The notes under the pieces were generated by a model. That model made no database searches, had not been told where the DNA came from, and saw nothing but the letters and a program-made list of their open reading frames with translations. 64,000 nucleotides of DNA, taken from assembly GCA_963700535.1 (NCBI GenBank), contig CAVOXU010000002.1, positions 18,063-82,062 on the forward strand, given 5' to 3'. Of the stretch, positions 17,272 to 27,070 are shown one piece after another (position 1 is the stretch's first letter; every line of letters starts with the position of its first letter). The position numbers were made by a program, and so were the translations under genes. The DNA comes from Chrysiogenales bacterium (lineage in GTDB: Bacteria; Acidobacteriota; Aminicenantia; UBA2199).

Positions 17272-18267
17272 ATGAGAAATAAAATGAAAGCGCTGGTGAC
17301 CGGGAGCAGCGGTTTCATCGGCGGCCACCTGGTGCGGCACTTGTTGGAACGGGGATACGCTGTATCCTGTCTTGTCAGGCCCGCCAGCGAGCCGCGTGCC
17401 CTGGCAGAACTTGCCGTTGCTCGCATCAGCGGCAGCTATTTTGACCTTGATTCCCTGCGCCGTGCCGTAGAGGGCATGGACTACATATTTCATGCCGGGG
17501 CCGTGCTGAGCGCGCCGGATTGGCCGGGCTACTTCAGGACCAACGTGGAAGGCACGACCAATATACTGGAGGCCTGCGCACAGGCAAATCCCGGACTGAG
17601 GAAATTGGTTGTGGTTTCCAGCATTTCCGCTGTGGGTCCGGCCCGGGATAAAAATCCTCTGCGTGAAGGGGACGATTGCCGGCCCGTGTCGCTGTATGGG
17701 AAAAGCAAATACCTGGCCGAACAGGCGGCGGCCGCTTTTTTCGACAGGCTGCCGATCGTGATCGTGCGCCCGCCGAACGTGCTGGGGGCCGGGCAGAGAG
17801 AGTTGCTTGCCGTCATGAACCTGCTGCGGCGGCGGATCGTGCCTCTGATCGGCCGTGGCGAGAAGCAGACCAGCATCTGCTTCGTGCAGGACCTGGTCCG
17901 GGCGCTGGTTCTGGTCGCGGAAAATGAGTCGGTCAGGGGCAAAACCTATTTCGTCGCGGCAGAGGAATTCTACTCATGGCGGGAAATTCTGAATCAGCTG
18001 CTTCTGGAAATGGACCTGAAATGCGTGCTGAAGATACCCCATCCGATCTTGCTGAGCGTGGCTTTTGTTTCCGAGGCCATCTCCAGGCTGACGGGAAAGG
18101 CGCCCCTGGTCACGCGCAGCGATCTGCGCAGCGCCCGCGACAATTACTGGCTATGCGACGCCGGCCTAATCCGGGAGGAGCTCGGCTTCCGGACCGAGGT
18201 GGAGTTCGGCCAGGGGATCCGAGATATCGTGCGCCAGTTCAAATCTGTCCGATCGCTGCCAAGATAA
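17272..18267 (+). CDS. NAD-dependent epimerase/dehydratase (extended SDR), tandem paralog
   Basis: ALVTGSSGFIGGHLV and YGKSKYLAE. Colinear with the preceding gene. Confidence 0.85.
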   Translation: MRNKMKALVTGSSGFIGGHLVRHLLERGYAVSCLVRPASEPRALAELAVARISGSYFDLDSLRRAVEGMDYIFHAGAVLSAPDWPGYFRTNVEGTTNILEACAQANPGLRKLVVVSSISAVGPARDKNPLREGDDCRPVSLYGKSKYLAEQAAAAFFDRLPIVIVRPPNVLGAGQRELLAVMNLLRRRIVPLIGRGEKQTSICFVQDLVRALVLVAENESVRGKTYFVAAEEFYSWREILNQLLLEMDLKCVLKIPHPILLSVAFVSEAISRLTGKAPLVTRSDLRSARDNYWLCDAGLIREELGFRTEVEFGQGIRDIVRQFKSVRSLPR

Positions 18268-18475
18268 CATCCAGCGCCAGGACAAGGTCGGAACAATAAC
18301 CATTCGAGAAACATGATTTCGTTAAATATTCCCGTATGTTCTCTAGTTTTTTTTTGGGAAGTTAAAGTGGAGTAGAGAAGAAACGAAGCGGCGCGATTCC
18401 CGCGCTTAAGGTAAAAATAAAAAGGAAAAAGCCAAAAGTGCGGAAAAAGTGATTTAAATGGGATGGAAGTAAAAG

Positions 18476-18548
<73 letters not shown>

Positions 18549-18609
18549 ACCAGGTGGCTAATATAACATAAATTCGATCATAAATCAATAAGGTTCGAAG
18601 TGAAGGAAT

Positions 18610-18640
18610 CGGTTTACGGTTTACGGTGTACGGTATACGG
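18610..18640. repeat. Heptanucleotide tandem array, CGGTNTA x4.5
   Basis: CGGTTTA CGGTTTA CGGTGTA CGGTATA CGG. Confidence 0.75.
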
Positions 18641-18696
18641 CAAGAAAAAAAATTTGCTGGGACGATCCGCAGGATCGCTCTCGCTCCGCATCTTCC

Positions 18697-18726
18697 CCTG
18701 TACCCTACACCCTGTACCCTGTACCC
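18697..18726. repeat. Heptanucleotide tandem array, CCTGTAC x4
   Basis: CCTGTAC CCTACAC CCTGTAC CCTGTAC CC. It is separated from the 18610 array by a 56-nt spacer containing the hairpin CGATCC-GCA-GGATCG. Confidence 0.75.
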
Positions 18727-18740
18727 TTGCCTTCACTTCC

Positions 18741-18769
18741 TTGACAAAAATAGCGCCACTGGATAACAT
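18741..18769 (+). promoter_or_regulatory. Sigma70-type promoter candidate for the kinase/regulator operon (TTGACA-17-TAACAT)
   Basis: TTGACAaaaatagcgccactggaTAACAT, ending 22 nt before the ATG at 18791. Confidence 0.45.
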
Positions 18770-18790
18770 GTTTCAACATAGAGCGAGGTA

Positions 18791-21194
18791 ATGCCGCCAA
18801 TGGACGAAAAAGAAAACACGCGCGAACTGGTCGTCGTCGACGTCAAGCGCTATAAAAAGGTAAAAAAGGCCCTGGCCGAGAGCGAGGAGCGCTACCGCCA
18901 GCTCTTCGAAAACGTGCCCATCGGCATCTACCGTACCACCCCCGACGGGCGTTTCGTCGATGCCAATCCTTCATTGGTCAAGATGCTGGGCTACGGATCC
19001 TTTGAAGAGCTGGCCGCCAGGAACCTCGAAAAGGATTATTTTGACGTCGAATATCCCCGTTCCCACTACGTGGCCAGGTTGAAGCGCGAAGGCGAGATCA
19101 AGGGCTTGGAGGCGGTGTGGCTGCGGAAGGACGGCTCCAGGATCGATGTACGCGAAAATGTGAAACTGGTTTCCGGCCAGGACAGGGAAGTTTTTTACGA
19201 GGGTACGGTCGAGGACATCACCCAGAGCAAGCTGGCCGAGGCGGCGCAGCGCGTCCGCACCCAGCAGATCGAGATCCTGAACTGCATCATCTCCAAGGGC
19301 AACCTGGCCGAGTCCCTGGCCGACATGCTGGAGGTCATCCTCGATTGCGTGACCCTGCCGCTGGACTTCGACACGGCCGCCGTTTTCCTGTACGATCCCG
19401 GGGCGAAGAAGATGAACCTGCTTGCCGCCCGGGGGGGAAAAAAGAACCATCACCTGAAAGAAAAATACCTCGCGGTGGAAAACCTGCCCTTCGCCAAGGT
19501 GCTGAAAGGGGAGCCGGTCTTTGTCGACCATGTCCGGGAAACCATTCCCGACCTGGCCAAGTCCTGGGGCTGGCGCATGGCCAGCAGCATCCCCCTCCTT
19601 GCCAAGGGCCGGGTGATCGGCGCCCTGAACATGGCCAGCTGCAAGCGGCAGGTTTTCAGCCCCGAGGAAAAAAGCATCCTGGAAATGATCGGCAAGGAGG
19701 CCGGGACCCTGATCTCCAAGCTGCAGACCGAGACGGCGCTGCGCGAAAGCGAAGAATACTACCGTACCCTGATCGATATCTCTCCCGATATCATCGTGGT
19801 ACTGGATCTCAACGCCAAACTGCTCACCATCAACCAGCAATTTTTAAAGAGCGGCGGATATTTTTTCGATGAAGTGATCGGTGCCAGTTCTTATGATTTC
19901 ATCGCCGGGCTTGAACATGTTGTTTTGGAGAAACGAACAGCGGCTTTCATTAAAAAAAATAATAATGTCCAAATCGGAATATTCTTTCAGGAAAAAAGAC
20001 GGCGGCAGCATTCCCCTGGAAGTGTCGGCCACGCTGCTGAACGATGCCAAGGGCCGGCCCAAGGGCATCATCGCCATCGGACGCGACATCAGCGAGCGCA
20101 AGAATAAAGAAGAGGATTTGCGCCAGAGCGAGGAGACATTCCGGCGTACGTTCGAAAATATCCCCGATCCTGCTTATATCTGGACGCACCAGGGCGATCG
20201 GCCGCATCATCCTGACCAATGCCAACCAGGCGGCGTTCAGGATCACACAGGAAAAAATCAAGCAATACTTCGGTGTCGACGTTGAAAAACTTTTCAGCGA
20301 AAATCCGGATTACGTTACCCGGATCAGGCAAGTCATGGACAATGGCAAAAACCAGAATCATGAGATCGAATATAATTACCTGAGCACAGGCGAAAAAAAA
20401 TGGCTGCAGGTGGACTATGTGAAGACGGCCGAGAACAGCGTCATGGTGATCACCAAGGACGTCAGCGAGCGCAAGGAGGCCGAAGCCAGGCTGCTGGCCT
20501 ACCAGGAGCAGCTGCGTTCCCTGACCTCGGAACTGACCCTGATCGAGGAGAAGGAGCGGCGCCGCATCGCCTCCGAGCTCCATGACCAGATCGGGCAGAA
20601 CCTGGCCCTGTGCAAACTGAAGATCGCCACCCTGGAAAAAGGCATGGATCGCTGGTGCCGAAAAAAATGAAATGGCCGCTGTCGGCCGCCTGCTGGAGTG
20701 CAGCATCCAGGACGCCCGCTCCCTGATCTTCGATCTCAGTCCGCCGGTCCTTTATGAACTGGGCTTCACGGCTGCGCTGGAATGGCTGGCCGAGCGGATC
20801 CAGGAGCAGTTCCATGTCCCGGTTGAATTCGAAAGCCGTATTGGCGAATCCTGAATTGGATAATGACCGGCAGGTGATCCTGTTCCAGGTTGTGCGTGAA
20901 CTGCTGGTCAATGTGGGCAAGCATTCGCAGGCCAGCCAGGCCAAGGTCATCCTTTCCCTTGAAGAACCGTTCCTGAAGATCCAGGTCAATGATGACGGGG
21001 TGGGATTCGATGCTTCGCGGATCTTCAGTCCCAAGGGGCAGAGCGGCGGCTTCGGCTTTTTCAGCATGCGCGAACGCCTGAATTATCTTGGCGGCGGCCT
21101 GGAGGTCAAATCCAAGCCCGGGAAGGGTTCGCAGATCGTACTGACCGTTCCGCTGCATGAGCGCGGGGCGATAGCCAGAAAGGAGAATTCATGA
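18791..21194 (+). pseudogene. Cytoplasmic PAS-GAF-PAS-PAS HisKA_3/HATPase sensor histidine kinase (NarL-class partner), split by about 4 frameshifts
   Basis: Fragments 18791..20107, 19881..20285, 20044..20670, 20672..20854 and 20754..21194 read through colinearly. Landmarks: PAS (..YRQLFENVPIGIYRTTPDGRF..), GAF, PAS x2, H-box ERRRIASELHDQIGQNLA, and N/G boxes ..LLVNVGKHSQA..DDGVGF..GGFGFFSMRERL. Frame changes at the A8 run 19952-19959, about 20196-20201, about 20636-20640 and about 20846-20851. Confidence 0.85.
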
Positions 21195-21835
21195 GCGTCA
21201 AGATCCTTATCGCCGATGACCACAAGATCATGCGTGACGGCTTGAGCACCCTGCTCGAAAAGGAAAAAGGCCTGGAAGTGGTCGCCGAAGCCAAGAACGG
21301 CCGTGAAGCCATCCGCCTTGCCGAACAGCTGCGCCCCGACATCATCATCATGGACATCTCCATGGATGACCTGAACGGCATGGACGCCACGCGCCATATC
21401 GTGGCCAAGGAATGGGGCTGCCGCATCATTGCCCTTTCCATGCACGCTGACAAACGTTTTGTGGCCGGGATGTTCGAAGCCGGGGCCATGGGCTACCTGC
21501 TCAAGGACTGTGCCTTCGATGAAATGATCCAGGCCATTCGCCAGGTGGTTTCGGGGCGGACATACCTTTGTTCCATGATCTCGGGGGTGGTTATCCGCGA
21601 TTACATCCAGCGCATGCGCAAAAGCAATCCCTCATTGCTCAGCCCGCGCGAAAAGGAGATCCTGCAGCTCCTGGCCGAAGGCAGCACCACCAAGCGCATT
21701 GCCGCTCAATTGAGCGTGTCGGTCAAGACCGTTGAAACGCACCGCCAGCACATCATGGACAAGCTTGAAATATTCAGCATCGCCGAATTGACCAAATACG
21801 CCATCAAGGAGGGTATCACCTCCCTGGATATGTGA
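21191..21835 (+). CDS. LuxR/NarL-family response regulator (REC plus HTH)
   Basis: ILIADDH...IIIMDISMDDLNG..; C-terminal LuxR HTH ..LSPREKEILQLLAEGSTTKRIAAQLSVSVKTVETHRQHIMDKL. ATGA overlap with the kinase stop. Confidence 0.9.
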   Translation: MSVKILIADDHKIMRDGLSTLLEKEKGLEVVAEAKNGREAIRLAEQLRPDIIIMDISMDDLNGMDATRHIVAKEWGCRIIALSMHADKRFVAGMFEAGAMGYLLKDCAFDEMIQAIRQVVSGRTYLCSMISGVVIRDYIQRMRKSNPSLLSPREKEILQLLAEGSTTKRIAAQLSVSVKTVETHRQHIMDKLEIFSIAELTKYAIKEGITSLDM

Positions 21836-21839
21836 AGCA

Positions 21840-21874
21840 CAGTAGACAGTAGACAGTAGGCAGTAGACAGTCGG
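21840..21874. repeat. Heptanucleotide tandem array, CAGTAGA x5
   Basis: CAGTAGA CAGTAGA CAGTAGG CAGTAGA CAGTCGG, starting 5 nt after the regulator stop codon. Confidence 0.8.
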
Positions 21875-21900
21875 AAGAGGCTAGGGGGCAAGGTGGAAAT

Positions 21901-21935
21901 CGGTGTAAGGTGTACGGTGTACGGTTGACGGTGAA
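21901..21935. repeat. Heptanucleotide tandem array, CGGTGTA x5 (same unit family as 18610-18640)
   Basis: CGGTGTA AGGTGTA CGGTGTA CGGTTGA CGGTGAA. Confidence 0.8.
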
Positions 21936-21937
21936 GA

Positions 21938-21972
21938 AAAATCCCAAATCCCAAGCACCAAATCACAAATAA
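21938..21972. repeat. Degenerate heptanucleotide array, CAAATCC x5
   Basis: AAAATCC CAAATCC CAAGCAC CAAATCA CAAATAA. Confidence 0.6.
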
Positions 21973-22010
21973 GCAACAGGCAAATTAAGGATTTCGTCTA
22001 AATGCAGTTA

Positions 22011-22099
22011 CTAATACTAACACTCTTGCTTCTTCCTAACACTAACACTAACACTTTCTTACTTCTTCCTAACACTAACACTATCACTAACACTTCTTC
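22011..22099. repeat. Hexanucleotide CTAACA arrays nested in a higher-order unit of about 38 nt (x2)
   Basis: CTTCTTC-CTAACA CTAACA CTAACA C-TTT.. is followed by ..CTTCTTC-CTAACA CTAACA CTATCA CTAACA C-TTCTTC. Confidence 0.8.
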
Positions 22100-22553
22100 A
22101 ATGCACCTAAGGTTTTTCGAATGCCGAAATCAGATATTTCCCGATTGTTTTGACGGTTGCTTCAAAGTATTTATTAAGTAATTAATTTTTAAGGGTCACA
22201 ATGAAAGGGGGGAGAGAGGGATTTTTTAAGGTATTCAAGCGCTCCAGTCCCAAATTCCTCTGAATCGTGGTATGATCACGGTTGGAGAAACATGGGCGCC
22301 AAAAATTTTGTCAACCAGTTCAAAAACACCCGCCGCCAGGCGGGACTTCAGGGCCGCCGTCCCCTTGGGGGACAGGCGCGGGTGCAAATCAGCAAAAGCG
22401 AAAAAAATTCCGGCCGCTCCATGAAGAATTCGCAAACGACGCAACGGCCGTTTAAAAAATATTCCGGACCCAAGGGCAAATAAACGCGACCCGATCCCCA
22501 GCTTTGGTGCGGCCGATGTTGATTTATGGTTGAATTTTTAGTACATTATAACC

Positions 22554-23759
22554 GTGTTGAAACGTTTATTGGGAATATACTTCATGCTGGCGGTCTCACT
22601 GGCCCTGCCGGCCAGGGGACCGGTCAATCTGCAGAACATCCGCTATTATTCTTATCCCGAATACACGCGCGTGGTCCTGGATCTCAGCGCCGAAATCAAG
22701 ATCGCCGAAAAAACCCTTAAGGGCAGCAGCAGCGGCCGCCTGTTTTTTGATCTGAAAAACTGCCGCTTTGCCGCTGATTACCCTTTTGAAAAGAAGAGTG
22801 AGATCAAGATCCAGGCCGGGAACCTGCAGAGGATACGTATCGGCAAATGGAACGCCCAGACCATCCGCGTGGTCTTTGATTTCGACCAGATCGGCAAATA
22901 CAACCGTTTTTACTTGACCTCCCCCTTCCGCATCGTTTTTGACATATACAGTCAGGCCGAATTCGTCAGCCATGCCCAGCAGACGCGGGAGCAGAATCTC
23001 CCCGTGGTTGAGGGCAGCCCCCCAGGGGGACGCCAGTCCGCTGGACCTGGCAGCCCTTCCATCGCCCGCCAGCTCGGGCTGGGCGTGCACCGCATCGTCA
23101 TTGATCCGGGCCACGGTGGCAAGGATCCCGGTACGATCAACCGTCGCCTTGACTTGCAGGAAAAGAACATCACCCTGGATATCGGCAAAAGGCTGAACGC
23201 TATTTTAAATGAACATGTGGAATTCGAGATCATTCTCACCCGCTGCCGCGACGAATATGTGCCGTTGGAGGAACGGGCGGCCATAGCCAACTCCAACCAG
23301 GGCGACATATTCGTCTCAATCCACACCAACTCGGCGCCGCGGCTGACCGCCCGCGGCGTGGAATCGTATTACCTGAACATCACCACCGATCCCCGGGCCA
23401 TGGAAGTGGCCGCCCAGGAAAATGCCATGAGCAGCAAATCCATGGCCGATATGCGTACCATCCTGAACCAGATACTGCAGAACAGCAAGATTTCCGAATC
23501 CAGGATCCTTTCCCAGTCGATCCAGAGGGGCATGGTCGCCAACCTGAAGCAAAAATACGATGCCGTAGACGATCTGGGAGTGAAGAAGGCGCCTTTCTAC
23601 GTTCTGTTGGGCGCGCAGATGCCTGCGGCGCTGATCGAGGTCTCCTTTCTCAGCAACCTGAACGAGGCCAAGCGGCTGGCCTCGCCCTCATACCGCCAGG
23701 CCGTTGCCGCCGGGCTGTACCTGGGAATCATCAATTTTATCCAAAGTCTGGGCAAATGA
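22554..23759 (+). CDS. N-acetylmuramoyl-L-alanine amidase (AMIN domain plus Amidase_3, AmiC-like)
   Basis: N-terminal AMIN-like region (..YTRVVLDLS..RIVFD..). Catalytic domain RIVIDPGHGGKDPGT..DIFVSIHTNS..ESY..PALIEVSFLSN. Confidence 0.9.
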   Translation: MLKRLLGIYFMLAVSLALPARGPVNLQNIRYYSYPEYTRVVLDLSAEIKIAEKTLKGSSSGRLFFDLKNCRFAADYPFEKKSEIKIQAGNLQRIRIGKWNAQTIRVVFDFDQIGKYNRFYLTSPFRIVFDIYSQAEFVSHAQQTREQNLPVVEGSPPGGRQSAGPGSPSIARQLGLGVHRIVIDPGHGGKDPGTINRRLDLQEKNITLDIGKRLNAILNEHVEFEIILTRCRDEYVPLEERAAIANSNQGDIFVSIHTNSAPRLTARGVESYYLNITTDPRAMEVAAQENAMSSKSMADMRTILNQILQNSKISESRILSQSIQRGMVANLKQKYDAVDDLGVKKAPFYVLLGAQMPAALIEVSFLSNLNEAKRLASPSYRQAVAAGLYLGIINFIQSLGK

Positions 23760-23818
23760 TGAAACTTTATCAGGTTTTTTTACGTCTTGATATTTCTAGA
23801 TAAGATAAGGAGGATCAC

Positions 23819-25249
23819 ATGAAAAAAATAGGTTTAATCGCCGGGACCAGTTTTCTGGCCGGAGCGCTTTTTTTCGCCTTAAGTTTCGGTTTCCTGCAAA
23901 AATCGGTCAATAACGAGCCTGTCATCAGCCCGGCCGTGGCCAGGGCTGAATCAGTTTCGCAGGCGGTCGTTCCCAACAGTTTCGTCGACATCGTCCGCAA
24001 AGTCAAACCGGCGGTGGTCAAGGTGATATCCGAGTCGATCGTGGAGAGGCGCTCCAGGTTCGGCGACGATTTCTTCGACCAGTTTTTCAATACTCCGCGG
24101 CGCCAGGAAAAGCGTTCCGGCGAGGGTTCGGGATTCTTCATCTCGGCCGACGGCTATATCCTGACCAACAACCATGTGGTCAGGGATGCCGTCAAGGTGA
24201 AAATTTTCAATCTCGACAATGCCGAGTTCACCGCCAAGATCATCGGCACCGATCCCAAAACCGATCTGGCGTTGCTGAAGATCAACAGCAAGAACGTCCC
24301 CTTCATTGATCTGGGCGATTCCAATGCCGTGGAAGTAGGCGAGTGGGTGCTGGCCATCGGCAACCCCTTCGGCCAGGACCTGACGGTCACTTCGGGGATA
24401 ATTTCGGCCACGGGCCGGCATCTCGGCCTGGCCCAGTACGAGGACTTCCTGCAGACCGATGCTGCCATCAACATGGGCAATTCGGGCGGGCCGCTGATCA
24501 ATATGAAGGGCGAGGCCATTGGCATCAACTCCACCATCCTCACCCCCAGCGCCGGTAATATCGGCATCGGCTTCGCCATTCCGGCCAACATGGCCAAGAA
24601 AGTCGTGGCCGACCTGAAAACCAAGGGCAAGGTCGTACGCGGCTGGTTCGGCATCCAGATCCAGAACATCAGCGCCAGCGATGCCAAGGACCTGGACCTG
24701 CCCACTGCCGGGGTACTGGTTTCGCGGGTTGAGGAAAATTCCCCGGCCCAGAAAGCCGGCCTGAAACGCTATGACCTGATCGTGGCCATCAACGGCAAGG
24801 CGGTCAAGTCGGCGGCCGACCTGCAGATGGAGATCGCCAATTCGACACCCGGTGATGAGATCAGCGTCGCCATTTTTCGCAACCGCGACAAACAGGTGCT
24901 CAAGGTCAAGGTCATCGAGGCTCCGGAAGAAGCCCGCGAACAAGCTGTGGCCGAGAGCAAAAACATGAGCCTGGGCATGGCCCTGGTCAAGAATACCCCG
25001 GGCCTGGCCCGCGAATATGGATTAAAAACGGCCAAGGGCCTGGTGGTCGAGAACGTGGAACGGGGCGGCGCGGCCGCCGAGAACGGCATCAAACCAGGTG
25101 ACGTGATTTTGGCCGTGAACCGCACCGTACTGGAAAGTGTGGCTCAATTAAGAAGCTTCCTGGCCGGACGGCGCAGCGGTTCCATGGTCCTGCTGCTGAT
25201 CAACCGCGACGGCGATGAGGTGTACATCCGTTTTGCCCTGCCTGAATGA
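23819..25249 (+). CDS. htrA: Do/DegP/HtrA-family periplasmic serine endoprotease (trypsin-like domain plus 2 PDZ)
   Basis: Catalytic triad contexts TNNHVV, DLALLKI and GNSGGPL. Two PDZ regions follow (..GVLVSRVEENSPAQKAGLKRYDLIVAING.. and ..GLVVENVERGGAAAENGIKPGDVILAVN..). Confidence 0.95.
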   Translation: MKKIGLIAGTSFLAGALFFALSFGFLQKSVNNEPVISPAVARAESVSQAVVPNSFVDIVRKVKPAVVKVISESIVERRSRFGDDFFDQFFNTPRRQEKRSGEGSGFFISADGYILTNNHVVRDAVKVKIFNLDNAEFTAKIIGTDPKTDLALLKINSKNVPFIDLGDSNAVEVGEWVLAIGNPFGQDLTVTSGIISATGRHLGLAQYEDFLQTDAAINMGNSGGPLINMKGEAIGINSTILTPSAGNIGIGFAIPANMAKKVVADLKTKGKVVRGWFGIQIQNISASDAKDLDLPTAGVLVSRVEENSPAQKAGLKRYDLIVAINGKAVKSAADLQMEIANSTPGDEISVAIFRNRDKQVLKVKVIEAPEEAREQAVAESKNMSLGMALVKNTPGLAREYGLKTAKGLVVENVERGGAAAENGIKPGDVILAVNRTVLESVAQLRSFLAGRRSGSMVLLLINRDGDEVYIRFALPE

Positions 25250-26130
25250 TCTTTTACAAGACCAGTTCCTTCGGCAACGATTTCATCGAGATCGACTGTC
25301 GTGATCTGCCGGCCGCTGCCGCGGACAGCGCAGGCCGCAAGGCCGCCTTCCCCTTGGGGGACAAAGGCGCGCTGGCCAAAGAGATCTGCGACCGGCAGCG
25401 CGGGGTCGGCGCCGACGGAACGGTCTTCTACCGGGTCGGAAATCAGGGGATTCATTTTGAGATATTCAACCGCGACGGCGGCGCGGCCGAATTGTCGGGA
25501 AACGGCATGGCCGGACTGGCCGCGGTCCTGTTCCAGCGCCGCCTGGCGGCTTCGCCGCTGCGGCTCCTTACCGCCGTGGGTTCACGGCGGATCGACCTCC
25601 TGGCCCGCCGCGGTCCGGTCTTCCAGCTTGATGTGGAGATCGGCCGGCCCGATTTTTCCCAGCGCCGGTTTTTTCCTTTTCTAAAGGACGGGCAGGAGCG
25701 TTTCCGCTGCGCCGGCCTGGAATTTTATCCGGTTTCCGTGGGCAATCCCCATGCCGTGGTCCTTTGCCGGGAGCGGCTTGCCCCCGGGCGCTTGGCCGCC
25801 CTGGGGAAAAAACTGGAATGCAACCCCATGTTCCCCGAGAGGGTCAATGTGGAATTCGTCCATTTCAGCAATGCCGACCCCCCCCCTGTGGGCACGGCGG
25901 CCTTGCAGCCCCCAAGCTGCCGGGTCTTTTTCTATGAGCGGGGAGTCGGGGTGACCCAGGCTTCTTCTACCGGCAGCGCCGCTGTGTTCGCTGTTTTGCG
26001 GCGGCTGGGAAAGGTCCGGGACCGCCTGACCATCGACTGCGGCGCGGAAAAGATCGTCGTCAGCTGGAAGCAGGGAATTTTTGTTCACAATTTCACCCGC
26101 CTGATCTGCCGCGGTGATTTTTTTCTCTAA
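25246..26130 (+). CDS. dapF: Diaminopimelate epimerase
   Basis: ..TSSFGNDFIEID.., GADG.., SGNGMAGLAAV.., and FYERGVGVTQASSTGSAA at the second active-site Cys position (here S/T context). ATGA overlap with the htrA stop. Confidence 0.85.
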   Translation: MIFYKTSSFGNDFIEIDCRDLPAAAADSAGRKAAFPLGDKGALAKEICDRQRGVGADGTVFYRVGNQGIHFEIFNRDGGAAELSGNGMAGLAAVLFQRRLAASPLRLLTAVGSRRIDLLARRGPVFQLDVEIGRPDFSQRRFFPFLKDGQERFRCAGLEFYPVSVGNPHAVVLCRERLAPGRLAALGKKLECNPMFPERVNVEFVHFSNADPPPVGTAALQPPSCRVFFYERGVGVTQASSTGSAAVFAVLRRLGKVRDRLTIDCGAEKIVVSWKQGIFVHNFTRLICRGDFFL

Positions 26131-26437
26131 CCGATCACAAAGGCGGTTCAAGCCTTTTGATTTGATGAGAAAGGCTGGAGTGGAGGACTTCTCTCTGATG
26201 GATGCGCTGCATTCAGAAATGGAGAACATTTCCCACCTGGAAATCACGGTCGGCAAGAAAAATCACTTTGGCAGGTTTATATATGTTGAAAAATGTGTTA
26301 AGATAACGATGCCAAGGAGTCACCCAGCGACCGCAGAAAGTCCCTCGGAGCTGCCAACGGTCCGATGCAGACGGGATTCCTGAGCACGAAAACGCAGGAA
26401 GCGGTTCGCTGGCATGGAATTTGCTAAGGAGGCGTTC

Positions 26438-27064
26438 ATGAAAAAGCCGATAGGCTTGGTTTTACTTGTGCTTCTTTTTTCGGGCGTTGCGAGCGCTGCC
26501 GGGGACAGGGTCATCCTCACACTCTACGGCAACTACTTGAATATGGCCGCCAACAATTTCACTGGTCAGGCCAGTCAGAGCAAAATTTTTTTTGAAGCCA
26601 AGGCTGCGGTCGCGATTTCCGGGAACATATATTTGTGGGCCAGCCACGGCTATTTCCCGTTGCGCGACAGCTGGACAGGCTGGGATTCGAAAAATTCATT
26701 CGACGTGGACATCAATATGAAGCGAACGCTGACCAAGAGGGTCACAGCCGGGGGCTGCGGATTTTTTGCCGGTTATTTCCAAGAGAACCAGATCGCGATC
26801 AGGACGGAAGTCGGTATCTGCTCCATCAGCAATGACATCGAATCGACAATCAGCAAAATTGACTCGAATATCCGGCTCCGCTCCGATTCGGCCAAGCAGT
26901 CAGGTATCGGCGTGCGGGGAAATCTGGCTTTCACCTACGGGCTTTACAAGAATATTTTCGCAGAGGCATCCGTTGGTTACATGTATGCGTCCGATAAAAT
27001 TGATGACGTGCGCAGCAATTTGGGCGGCTTCCATCTGGCGCTGGGTCTGGGGATACAGCTGTAG
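26438..27064 (+). CDS. Outer-membrane beta-barrel protein (small, 8-strand-like)
   Basis: Signal peptide MKKPIGLVLLVLLFSGVASAAG, amphipathic beta strands, C-terminal ..GFHLALGLGIQL. TAAGGAGG RBS. Confidence 0.65.
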   Translation: MKKPIGLVLLVLLFSGVASAAGDRVILTLYGNYLNMAANNFTGQASQSKIFFEAKAAVAISGNIYLWASHGYFPLRDSWTGWDSKNSFDVDINMKRTLTKRVTAGGCGFFAGYFQENQIAIRTEVGICSISNDIESTISKIDSNIRLRSDSAKQSGIGVRGNLAFTYGLYKNIFAEASVGYMYASDKIDDVRSNLGGFHLALGLGIQL

Positions 27065-27070
27065 ATCCTG

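Noticed and set aside
19881-20854. The overlapping ORF-track entries 19881..20285, 20044..20670 and 20672..20854 as independent small PAS or kinase-fragment genes.
   Set aside because: Their meaningful parts abut colinearly and reconstitute one PAS-PAS-HisKA_3 kinase. None has its own RBS, and the N-terminal portion of each predicted ORF is out-of-frame read-through.
21840-22099. Could the repeat arrays be a CRISPR array?
   Set aside because: The units are 6-7 nt and directly abutting, with no spacers. There is no repeat of 24-48 nt, no leader and no cas genes in the window.
22292-22483. A 63-aa highly basic ORF (MGAKNFVNQFKNTRRQAGLQGRRPLGG..) with a GGAG-like RBS in the long non-coding stretch, and its antisense partner at 22235..22444.
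   Set aside because: I recognise no family, the two mutually exclusive ORFs are of similar quality, and the composition is atypical. I left it unannotated; it could be a real small protein or part of an ncRNA.
26114-26383. An 89-aa ORF in the dapF/beta-barrel intergenic region, or a possible riboswitch or ncRNA there.
   Set aside because: The ORF has no RBS or recognisable motif and begins inside the dapF 3' end. I could not fold or match the 300-nt region to any known RNA family by eye, so it is left unassigned.
26410-26425. The best sigma54 consensus match in the window (TGGCATggaatTTGCT), upstream of the beta-barrel gene at 26438.
   Set aside because: The -12 element ends only 13 nt before the ATG. 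The predicted start site would therefore fall downstream of the strong TAAGGAGG RBS, giving a leaderless mRNA that ignores the RBS. It is more likely a chance match, or the geometry needs experimental TSS data.
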